Positions 52,941 to 64,000 of a stretch of DNA of 64,000 nucleotides are shown piece after piece. Below the pieces are notes generated by a model. That model was not told the DNA's origin and ran no database searches. It saw only the letters and a program-made list of their open reading frames with translations. The position numbers and the translations under genes were made by a program. The stretch covers positions 558,001-622,000 of the forward strand of contig JAUFOQ010000010.1 in assembly GCA_040285855.1 (NCBI GenBank). Direction: 5' to 3'. Origin of the DNA: Eukaryota sp. GEM-RC1 (taxonomy: Eukaryota). The first letter of the stretch is position 1. Each line of letters opens with the position of its first letter.

Positions 52941-53804
52941 TTGAAGGTGAATTCGTCTGTTTTTTCGATCAATCTAGGTAACAACTCAATTGGTAATGAA
53001 GGCGCTATTGCAATTGCTGAAGCTTTGAAGGTGAATTCGTCTGTTTCTACGATCTATCTAGGTAACAACTCAATTGGTCCTGAAGGCGCTATTGCAATTG
53101 CTGAAGCTTTGAAGGTGAATTCGTCTGTTTCTACGATCAATCTAGGTAACAACTCAATTGGTAATGAAGGCGCTATTGCAATTGCTGAAGCTTTGAAGGT
53201 GAATTCTTCAGTTTCTACGATTTATCTACATTACAACTCAATTGGTCCTGAAGGCGCTACTGTAATTGCTGAAGCTTTGAAGGTGAATTCTTCACTTTCT
53301 AGAATCGATCTAGATGGCAACTTAATTGGTAATGAAGGCACTATTGCAATTGCCGAAGCTTTGAAGGTGAATTCTTCACTTTCTAGAATCGATCTAAATA
53401 ACAACTCAATTGGTAATGAAGGCGCTATTGCAATTGCTGAAGCTTTGAAGGTGAATTCGTCTGTTTTTTCGATCAATCTAGGTAACAACTCAATTGGTAA
53501 TGAAGGCGCTATTGCAATTGCTGAAGCTTTGAAGGTGAATTCGTCTGTTTCTACGATCTATCTACATAACAACTCAATTGGTCCTGAAGGCGCTATTGCA
53601 ATTGCTGAAGCTTTGAAGGTGAATTCGTCTGTTTCTACGATCAATCTAGGTAACAACTCAATTGGTAATGAAGGCGCTATTGCAATTGCTGAAGCTTTGA
53701 AGGTGAATTCGTCTGTTTCTTCGATTTATCTACATAGCAACTCAATTAACAGTCAAACACAACAGTCGTTAAAATCACTACACAAGAATAGAATTCATTT
53801 CTAA
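52941..53804 (+). pseudogene. Headless LRR cassette B1 (9 modules + cap)
   Basis: Open frame, no ATG; same translation as B4. Confidence 0.75.
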
Positions 53805-54442
53805 AGATATTTTCCTCTGATAGAAAGATCACCCCATTATAAGTCACACATAAACAAATATCAAAGCAGTTTAGCAGTCGATCATACACAGATTGATTTT
53901 CAGTTTTACCCGGTAATTAAGACTCGTCATATCGAAAAGTTCATTTGCTATTGTTTTCAACAACACCACGTATTAAATGGTATCTGGAAATGATGTAACA
54001 TTATACTACATGTTTTGAAATGATTCGAATCACCGACACAGTGTCTCGTTATTAACACGGTTGTATTTTTTCTCAAAAAACAGCTTAATTGTCCATGAGT
54101 TGAGTGATGCTTTGATTATTCTTAGTGATTTATAAGATGTACAGTATCCTTTTGTATCTACTCCAAAGATATTTTAGTCATGGTAATTTATTAAATATTG
54201 GTCAAAATTAGGTTGTTCGTTAGATTCTGTTTTAGTGATCTGTGATTTAATTGGAAATCTTGTCACACAATTGTCCTAACATACAAAGTAGGTTTTTGTT
54301 TATCTTAAATTGAGTTTATTATCTAACATTATCTAAGCTTCTCTTTACTGGATATGGGTTCTATGAACCGGCTAGCATTTCCGATTTCTATCTACATTAC
54401 AACTCAACTGGTCCTGAAGGCGCTATTGCAATTGCTGAAGCT

Positions 54443-54802
54443 TTGAAGGTGAATTCGTCTGTTTTTTCGATCAATCTAGGTAACAACTCAATTGGTAATG
54501 AAGGCGCTATTGCAATTGCTGAAGCTTTGAAGGTGAATTCGTCTGTTTCTACGATCTATCTAGGTAACAACTCAATTGGTCCTGAAGGCGCTATTGCAAT
54601 TGCTGAAGCTTTGAAGGTGAATTCGTCTGTTTCTACGATCAATCTAGGTAACAACTCAATTGGTAATGAAGGCGCTATTGCAATTGCTGAAGCTTTGAAG
54701 GTGAATTCGTCTGTTTCTTCGATTTATCTACATAGCAACTCAATTAACAGTCAAACACAACAGTCGTTAAAATCACTACACAAGAATAGAATTCATTTCT
54801 AA
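54443..54802 (+). pseudogene. Headless LRR cassette B2 (3 modules + cap)
   Basis: Open frame, no ATG. Confidence 0.75.
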
Positions 54803-55440
54803 AGATATTTTCCTCTGATAGAAAGATCACCCCATTATAAGTCACACATAAACAAATATCAAAGCAGTTTAGCAGTCGATCATACACAGATTGATTTTCA
54901 GTTTTACCCGGTAATTAAGACTCGTCATATCGAAAAGTTCATTTGCTATTGTTTTCAACAACACCACGTATTAAATGGTATCTGGAAATGATGTAACATT
55001 ATACTACATGTTTTGAAATGATTCGAATCACCGACACAATGTCTCGTTATTAACACGGTTGTATTTTTTCTCAAAAAACAGCTTAATTGTCCATGAGTTG
55101 AGTGATGCTTTGATTATTCTTAGTGATTTATAAGATGTACAGTATCCTTTTGTATCTACTCCAAAGATATTTTAGTCATGGTAATTTATTAAATATTGGT
55201 CAAAATTAGGTTGTTCGTTAGATTCTGTTTTAGTGATCTGTGATTTAATTGGAAATCTTGTCACACAATTGTCCTAACATACAAAGTAGGTTTTTGTTTA
55301 TCTTAAATTGAGTTTATTATCTAACATTATCTAAGCTTCTCTTTACTGGATATGGGTTCTATGAACCGGCTAGCATTTCCGATTTCTATCTACATTACAA
55401 CTCAACTGGTCCTGAAGGCGCTATTGCAATTGCTGAAGCT

Positions 55441-55800
55441 TTGAAGGTGAATTCGTCTGTTTTTTTGATCAATCTAGGTAACAACTCAATTGGTAATGAA
55501 GGCGCTATTGCAATTGCTGAAGCTTTGAAGGTGAATTCGTCTGTTTCTACGATCTATCTAGGTAACAACTCAATTGGTCCTGAAGGCGCTATTGCAATTG
55601 CTGAAGCTTTGAAGGTGAATTCGTCTGTTTCTACGATCAATCTAGGTAACAACTCAATTGGTAATGAAGGCGCTATTGCAATTGCTGAAGCTTTGAAGGT
55701 GAATTCGTCTGTTTCTTCGATTTATCTACATAGCAACTCAATTAACAGTCAAACACAACAGTCGTTAAAATCACTACACAAGAATAGAATTCATTTCTAA
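55441..55800 (+). pseudogene. Headless LRR cassette B3 (3 modules + cap)
   Basis: Open frame, no ATG. Confidence 0.75.
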
Positions 55801-56438
55801 AGATATTTTCCTCTGATAGAAAGATCACCCCATTATAAGTCACACATAAACAAATATCAAAGCAGTTTAGCAGTCGATCATACACAGATTGATTTTCAGT
55901 TTTACCCGGTAATTAAGACTCGTCATATCGAAAAGTTCATTTGCTATTGTTTTCAACAACACCACGTATTAAATGGTATCTGGAAATGATGTAACATTAT
56001 ACTACATGTTTTGAAATGATTCGAATCACCGACACAGTGTCTCGTTATTAACACGGTTGTATTTTTTCTCAAAAAACAGCTTAATTGTCCATGAGTTGAG
56101 TGATGCTTTGATTATTCTTAGTGATTTATAAGATGTACAGTATCCTTTTGTATCTACTCCAAAGATATTTTAGTCATGGTAATTTATTAAATATTGGTCA
56201 AAATTAGGTTGTTCGTTAGATTCTGTTTTAGTGATCTGTGATTTAATTGGAAATCTTGTCACACAATTGTCCTAACATACAAAGTAGGTTTTTGTTTATC
56301 TTAAATTGAGTTTATTATCTAACATTATCTAAGCTTCTCTTTACTGGATATGGGTTCTATGAACCGGCTAGCATTTCCGATTTCTATCTACATTACAACT
56401 CAACTGGTCCTGAAGGCGCTATTGCAATTGCTGAAGCT

Positions 56439-57302
56439 TTGAAGGTGAATTCGTCTGTTTTTTCGATCAATCTAGGTAACAACTCAATTGGTAATGAAGG
56501 CGCTATTGCAATTGCTGAAGCTTTGAAGGTGAATTCGTCTGTTTCTACGATCTATCTAGGTAACAACTCAATTGGTCCTGAAGGCGCTATTGCAATTGCT
56601 GAAGCTTTGAAGGTGAATTCGTCTGTTTCTACGATCAATCTAGGTAACAACTCAATTGGTAATGAAGGCGCTATTGCAATTGCTGAAGCTTTGAAGGTGA
56701 ATTCTTCAGTTTCTACGATTTATCTACATTACAACTCAATTGGTCCTGAAGGCGCTACTGTAATTGCTGAAGCTTTGAAGGTGAATTCTTCACTTTCTAG
56801 AATCGATCTAGATGGCAACTTAATTGGTAATGAAGGCACTATTGCAATTGCCGAAGCTTTGAAGGTGAATTCTTCACTTTCTAGAATCGATCTAAATAAC
56901 AACTCAATTGGTAATGAAGGCGCTATTGCAATTGCTGAAGCTTTGAAGGTGAATTCGTCTGTTTTTTCGATCAATCTAGGTAACAACTCAATTGGTAATG
57001 AAGGCGCTATTGCAATTGCTGAAGCTTTGAAGGTGAATTCGTCTGTTTCTACGATCTATCTACATAACAACTCAATTGGTCCTGAAGGCGCTATTGCAAT
57101 TGCTGAAGCTTTGAAGGTGAATTCGTCTGTTTCTACGATCAATCTAGGTAACAACTCAATTGGTAATGAAGGCGCTATTGCAATTGCTGAAGCTTTGAAG
57201 GTGAATTCGTCTGTTTCTTCGATTTATCTACATAGCAACTCAATTAACAGTCAAACACAACAGTCGTTAAAATCACTACACAAGAATAGAATTCATTTCT
57301 AA
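56439..57302 (+). pseudogene. Headless LRR cassette B4 (9 modules + cap)
   Basis: Open frame, no ATG. Confidence 0.75.
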
Positions 57303-57940
57303 AGATATTTTCCTCTGATAGAAAGATCACCCCATTATAAGTCACACATAAACAAATATCAAAGCAGTTTAGCAGTCGATCATACACAGATTGATTTTCA
57401 GTTTTACCCGGTAATTAAGACTCGTCATATCGAAAAGTTCATTTGCTATTGTTTTCAACAACACCACGTATTAAATGGTATCTGGAAATGATGTAACATT
57501 ATACTACATGTTTTGAAATGATTCGAATCACCGACACAGTGTCTCGTTATTAACACGGTTGTATTTTTTCTCAAAAAACAGCTTAATTGTCCATGAGTTG
57601 AGTGATGCTTTGATTATTCTTAGTGATTTATAAGATGTACAGTATCCTTTTGTATCTACTCCAAAGATATTTTAGTCATGGTAATTTATTAAATATTGGT
57701 CAAAATTAGGTTGTTCGTTAGATTCTGTTTTAGTGATCTGTGATTTAATTGGAAATCTTGTCACACAATTGTCCTAACATACAAAGTAGGTTTTTGTTTA
57801 TCTTAAATTGAGTTTATTATCTAACATTATCTAAGCTTCTCTTTACTGGATATGGGTTCTATGAACCGGCTAGCATTTCCGATTTCTATCTACATTACAA
57901 CTCAACTGGTCCTGAAGGCGCTATTGCAATTGCTGAAGCT

Positions 57941-58300
57941 TTGAAGGTGAATTCGTCTGTTTTTTCGATCAATCTAGGTAACAACTCAATTGGTAATGAA
58001 GGCGCTATTGCAATTGCTGAAGCTTTGAAGGTGAATTCGTCTGTTTCTACGATCTATCTAGGTAACAACTCAATTGGTCCTGAAGGCGCTATTGCAATTG
58101 CTGAAGCTTTGAAGGTGAATTCGTCTGTTTCTACGATCAATCTAGGTAACAACTCAATTGGTAATGAAGGCGCTATTGCAATTGCTGAAGCTTTGAAGGT
58201 GAATTCGTCTGTTTCTTCGATTTATCTACATAGCAACTCAATTAACAGTCAAACACAACAGTCGTTAAAATCACTACACAAGAATAGAATTCATTTCTAA
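57941..58300 (+). pseudogene. Headless LRR cassette B5 (3 modules + cap)
   Basis: Open frame, no ATG. Confidence 0.75.
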
Positions 58301-58938
58301 AGATATTTTCCTCTGATAGAAAGATCACCCCATTATAAGTCACACATAAACAAATATCAAAGCAGTTTAGCAGTCGATCATACACAGATTGATTTTCAGT
58401 TTTACCCGGTAATTAAGACTCGTCATATCGAAAAGTTCATTTGCTATTGTTTTCAACAACACCACGTATTAAATGGTATCTGGAAATGATGTAACATTAT
58501 ACTACATGTTTTGAAATGATTCGAATCACCGACACAATGTCTCGTTATTAACACGGTTGTATTTTTTCTCAAAAAACAGCTTAATTGTCCATGAGTTGAG
58601 TGATGCTTTGATTATTCTTAGTGATTTATAAGATGTACAGTATCCTTTTGTATCTACTCCAAAGATATTTTAGTCATGGTAATTTATTAAATATTGGTCA
58701 AAATTAGGTTGTTCGTTAGATTCTGTTTTAGTGATCTGTGATTTAATTGGAAATCTTGTCACACAATTGTCCTAACATACAAAGTAGGTTTTTGTTTATC
58801 TTAAATTGAGTTTATTATCTAACATTATCTAAGCTTCTCTTTACTGGATATGGGTTCTATGAACCGGCTAGCATTTCCGATTTCTATCTACATTACAACT
58901 CAACTGGTCCTGAAGGCGCTATTGCAATTGCTGAAGCT

Positions 58939-60054
58939 TTGAAGGTGAATTCGTCTGTTTTTTCGATCAATCTAGGTAACAACTCAATTGGTAATGAAGG
59001 CGCTATTGCAATTGCTGAAGCTTTGAAGGTGAATTCGTCTGTTTCTACGATCTATCTAGGTAACAACTCAATTGGTCCTGAAGGCGCTATTGCAATTGCT
59101 GAAGCTTTGAAGGTGAATTCGTCTGTTTCTACGATCAATCTAGGTAACAACTCAATTGGTAATGAAGGCGCTATTGCAATTGCTGAAGCTTTGAAGGTGA
59201 ATTCGTCTGTTTCTTCGATTTATCTACATAGCAACTCAATTGGTACTGAAGGCGCTATTGCAATTGCTGAAGCTTTGAAGGTGAATTCTTCAGTTTCTAC
59301 GATCAATCTACATAACAACTCAATTGGTCCTGAAGGCGCTATTGCAATTGCTGAAGCTTTGAAGGTGAATTCTTCAGTTTCTACGATTTATCTACATTAC
59401 AACTCAATTGGTCCTGAAGGCGCTACTGTAATTGCTGAAGCTTTGAAGGTGAATTCTTCACTTTCTAGAATCGATCTAGATGGCAACTTAATTGGTAATG
59501 AAGGCACTATTGCAATTGCCGAAGCTTTGAAGGTGAATTCTTCACTTTCTAGAATCGATCTAAATAACAACTCAATTGGTAATGAAGGCGCTATTGCAAT
59601 TGCTGAAGCTTTGAAGGTGAATTCGTCTGTTTTTTCGATCAATCTAGGTAACAACTCAATTGGTAATGAAGGCGCTATTGCAATTGCTGAAGCTTTGAAG
59701 GTGAATTCGTCTGTTTCTACGATCTATCTACATAACAACTCAATTGGTCCTGAAGGCGCTATTGCAATTGCTGAAGCTTTGAAGGTGAATTCTTCAGTTT
59801 CTACGATTTATCTACATTACAACTCAATTGGTCCTGAAGGCGCTATTGCAATTGCTGAAGCTTTGAAGGTGAATTCGTCTGTTTCTACGATCAATCTAGG
59901 TAACAACTCAATTGGTAATGAAGGCGCTATTGCAATTGCTGAAGCTTTGAAGGTGAATTCGTCTGTTTCTTCGATTTATCTACATAGCAACTCAATTAAC
60001 AGTCAAACACAACAGTCGTTAAAATCACTACACAAGAATAGAATTCATTTCTAA
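58939..60054 (+). pseudogene. Headless LRR cassette B6 (12 modules + cap)
   Basis: Open frame, no ATG; looks chimeric. Confidence 0.75.
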
Positions 60055-60692
60055 AGATATTTTCCTCTGATAGAAAGATCACCCCATTATAAGTCACACA
60101 TAAACAAATATCAAAGCAGTTTAGCAGTCGATCATACACAGATTGATTTTCAGTTTTACCCGGTAATTAAGACTCGTCATATCGAAAAGTTCATTTGCTA
60201 TTGTTTTCAACAACACCACGTATTAAATGGTATCTGGAAATGATGTAACATTATACTACATGTTTTGAAATGATTCGAATCACCGACACAGTGTCTCGTT
60301 ATTAACACGGTTGTATTTTTTCTCAAAAAACAGCTTAATTGTCCATGAGTTGAGTGATGCTTTGATTATTCTTAGTGATTTATAAGATGTACAGTATCCT
60401 TTTGTATCTACTCCAAAGATATTTTAGTCATGGTAATTTATTAAATATTGGTCAAAATTAGGTTGTTCGTTAGATTCTGTTTTAGTGATCTGTGATTTAA
60501 TTGGAAATCTTGTCACACAATTGTCCTAACATACAAAGTAGGTTTTTGTTTATCTTAAATTGAGTTTATTATCTAACATTATCTAAGCTTCTCTTTACTG
60601 GATATGGGTTCTATGAACCGGCTAGCATTTCCGATTTCTATCTACATTACAACTCAACTGGTCCTGAAGGCGCTATTGCAATTGCTGAAGCT

Positions 60693-60968
60693 TTGAAGGT
60701 GAATTCGTCTGTTTTTTCGATCAATCTAGGTAACAACTCAATTGGTCCTGAAGGCGCTATTGCAATTGCTGAAGCTTTGAAGGTGAATTCGTCTGTTTCT
60801 ACGATCAATCTAGGTAACAACTCAATTGGTAATGAAGGCGCTATTGCAATTGCTGAAGCTTTGAAGGTGAATTCGTCTGTTTCTTCGATTTATCTACATA
60901 GCAACTCAATTAACAGTCAAACACAACAGTCGTTAAAATCACTACACAAGAATAGAATTCATTTCTAA
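60693..60968 (+). pseudogene. Headless LRR cassette B7 (2 modules + cap)
   Basis: Open frame, no ATG. Confidence 0.75.
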
Positions 60969-61606
60969 AGATATTTTCCTCTGATAGAAAGATCACCCCA
61001 TTATAAGTCACACATAAACAAATATCAAAGCAGTTTAGCAGTCGATCATACACAGATTGATTTTCAGTTTTACCCGGTAATTAAGACTCGTCATATCGAA
61101 AAGTTCATTTGCTATTGTTTTCAACAACACCACGTATTAAATGGTATCTGGAAGTGATGTAACATTATACTACATGTTTTGAAATGATTCGAATCACCGA
61201 CACAATGTCTCGTTATTAACACGGTTGTATTTTTTCTCAAAAAACAGCTTAATTGTCCATGAGTTGAGTGATGCTTTGATTATTCTTAGTGATTTATAAG
61301 ATGTACAGTATCCTTTTGTATCTACTCCAAAGATATTTTAGTCATGGTAATTTATTAAATATTGGTCAAAATTAGGTTGTTCGTTAGATTCTGTTTTAGT
61401 GATCTGTGATTTAATTGGAAATCTTGTCACACAATTGTCCTAACATACAAAGTAGGTTTTTGTTTATCTTAAATTGAGTTTATTATCTAACATTATCTAA
61501 GCTTCTCTTTACTGGATATGGGTTCTATGAACCGGCTAGCATTTCCGATTTCTATCTACATTACAACTCAACTGGTCCTGAAGGCGCTATTGCAATTGCT
61601 GAAGCT

Positions 61607-61966
61607 TTGAAGGTGAATTCGTCTGTTTTTTCGATCAATCTAGGTAACAACTCAATTGGTAATGAAGGCGCTATTGCAATTGCTGAAGCTTTGAAGGTGA
61701 ATTCGTCTGTTTCTACGATCTATCTAGGTAACAACTCAATTGGTCCTGAAGGCGCTATTGCAATTGCTGAAGCTTTGAAGGTGAATTCGTCTGTTTCTAC
61801 GATCAATCTAGGTAACAACTCAATTGGTAATGAAGGCGCTATTGCAATTGCTGAAGCTTTGAAGGTGAATTCGTCTGTTTCTTCGATTTATCTACATAGC
61901 AACTCAATTAACAGTCAAACACAACAGTCGTTAAAATCACTACACAAGAATAGAATTCATTTCTAA
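61607..61966 (+). pseudogene. Headless LRR cassette B8 (3 modules + cap)
   Basis: Open frame, no ATG. Confidence 0.75.
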
Positions 61967-62604
61967 AGATATTTTCCTCTGATAGAAAGATCACCCCATT
62001 ATAAGTCACACATAAACAAATATCAAAGCAGTTTAGCAGTCGATCATACACAGATTGATTTTCAGTTTTACCCGGTAATTAAGACTCGTCATATCGAAAA
62101 GTTCATTTGCTATTGTTTTCAACTACACCACGTATTAAATGGTATCTGGAAATGATGTAACATTATACTACATGTTTTGAAATGATTCGAATCACCGACA
62201 CAGTGTCTCGTTATTAACACGGTTGTATTTTTTCTCAAAAAACAGCTTAATTGTCCATGAGTTGAGTGATGCTTTGATTATTCTTAGTGATTTATAAGAT
62301 GTACAGTATCCTTTTGTATCTACTCCAAAGATATTTTAGTCATGGTAATTTATTAAATATTGGTCAAAATTAGGTTGTTCGTTAGATTCTGTTTTAGTGA
62401 TCTGTGATTTAATTGGAAATCTTGTCACACAATTGTCCTAACATACAAAGTAGGTTTTTGTTTATCTTAAATTGAGTTTATTATCTAACATTATCTAAGC
62501 TTCTCTTTACTGGATATGGGTTCTATGAACCGGCTAGCATTTCCGATTTCTATCTACATTACAACTCAACTGGTCCTGAAGGCGCTATTGCAATTGCTGA
62601 AGCT

Positions 62605-63132
62605 TTGAAGGAGAATTCGTCTGTTTTTTCGATCAATCTAGGTAACAACTCAATTGGTAATGAAGGCGCTATTGCAATTGCTGAAGCTTTGAAGGTGAAT
62701 TCGTCTGTTTCTACGATCAATCTAGGTAACAACTCAATTGGTAATGAAGGCGCTATTGCAATTGCTGAAGCTTTGAAGGTGAATTCGTCTGTTTTTTCGA
62801 TCAATCTAGGTAACAACTCAATTGGTAATGAAGGCGCTATTGCAATTGCTGAAGCTTTGAAGGTGAATTCGTCTGTTTCTACGATCTATCTAGGTAACAA
62901 CTCAATTGGTCCTGAAGGCGCTATTGCAATTGCTGAAGCTTTGAAGGTGAATTCGTCTGTTTCTACGATCAATCTAGGTAACAACTCAATTGGTAATGAA
63001 GGCGCTATTGCAATTGCTGAAGCTTTGAAGGTGAATTCGTCTGTTTCTTCGATTTATCTACATAGCAACTCAATTAACAGTCAAACACAACAGTCGTTAA
63101 AATCACTACACAAGAATAGAATTCATTTCTAA
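62605..63132 (+). pseudogene. Headless LRR cassette B9 (5 modules + cap)
   Basis: Open frame, no ATG. Confidence 0.75.
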
Positions 63133-63770
63133 AGATATTTTCCTCTGATAGAAAGATCACCCCATTATAAGTCACACATAAACAAATATCAAAGCAGTTT
63201 AGCAGTCGATCATACACAGATTGATTTTCAGTTTTACCCGGTAATTAAGACTCGTCATATCGAAAAGTTCATTTGCTATTGTTTTCAACAACACCACGTA
63301 TTAAATGGTATCTGGAAATGATGTAACATTATACTACATGTTTTGAAATGATTCGAATCACCGACACAGTGTCTCGTTATTAACACGGTTGTATTTTTTC
63401 TCAAAAAACAGCTTAATTGTCCATGAGTTGAGTGATGCTTTGATTATTCTTAGTGATTTATAAGATGTACAGTATCCTTTTGTATCTACTCCAAAGATAT
63501 TTTAGTCATGGTAATTTATTAAATATTGGTCAAAATTAGGTTGTTCGTTAGATTCTGTTTTAGTGATCTGTGATTTAATTGGAAATCTTGTCACACAATT
63601 GTCCTAACATACAAAGTAGGTTTTTGTTTATCTTAAATTGAGTTTATTATCTAACATTATCTAAGCTTCTCTTTACTGGATATGGGTTCTATGAACCGGC
63701 TAGCATTTCCGATTTCTATCTACATTACAACTCAACTGGTCCTGAAGGCGCTATTGCAATTGCTGAAGCT

Positions 63771-64000
63771 TTGAAGGTGAATTCGTCTGTTTTTTCGATC
63801 AATCTAGGTAACAACTCAATTGGTAATGAAGGCGCTATTGCAATTGCTGAAGCTTTGAAGGTGAATTCGTCTGTTTCTACGATCTATCTAGGTAACAACT
63901 CAATTGGTAATGAAGGCGCTATTGCAATTGCTGAAGCTTTGAAGGTGAATTCGTCTGTTTCTACGATCTATCTACATAACAACTCAATTGGTCCTGAAGG
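63771..64000 (+). pseudogene. Headless LRR cassette B10 (partial, cut by the window end)
   Basis: Same spacer and modules. Confidence 0.7.

Larger units (their letters stand above)
52303..64000 (+). repeat. Array 2: at least 10 units of 638-bp spacer + ATG-less LRR cassette; runs off the window
   Basis: Module counts 9,3,3,9,3,12,2,3,5 plus a partial unit from 63771. Confidence 0.95.

Noticed and set aside
2686..62816. Antisense ORFs of the FTFKASAIAIAPS / FNASAKALAPS type
   Set aside because: They are shadows of LRR codon usage on the opposite strand.
24416..63132. Cassettes as independent genes starting MKVNS
   Set aside because: The M is a TTG Leu codon inside a module. The nearby ATGs in the spacer (ATGGGTTCTATG) are out of frame and stop within about 30 codons.
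22161..64000. DGR-style reverse-transcriptase mutagenesis driving the diversity
   Set aside because: There is no intact RT nearby, and variants are whole reused modules rather than adenine-specific changes.

Overview
AT-rich, intron-poor eukaryotic (probably protist) DNA dominated by genes with 28-aa ribonuclease-inhibitor/NLRC3-type leucine-rich repeats (LRRs). The main structure occurs twice. A TRIM-like gene (RING, B-box1, B-box2, coiled-coil, LRR; 22161-23778 and 50768-52302) is followed by a tandem array of ATG-less LRR-only cassettes: 13 in array 1, and at least 10 in array 2, which runs off the window. Each cassette is 1-20 84-bp modules plus the same C-terminal cap, separated by a near-identical ~635-bp spacer. 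Variation is concentrated at the predicted ligand-binding strand positions and is shuffled combinatorially, which suggests a cassette reservoir for diversifying an E3-ligase receptor; this function is inferred, not shown. The window also holds several divergent LRR genes sharing an unrecognised pre-LRR domain but with different N-termini (Ser-rich, eIF4B/4H-like RRM, RING-like), two bacterial-looking lipid genes (YhhN, DUF1295), three hAT elements with 8-bp TSDs (two nested), a 75-bp TA-targeting MITE and decayed non-LTR retrotransposon fragments. Several single-base frameshifts fall in homopolymers and may be sequencing errors. Family assignments are by eye, with no database search.
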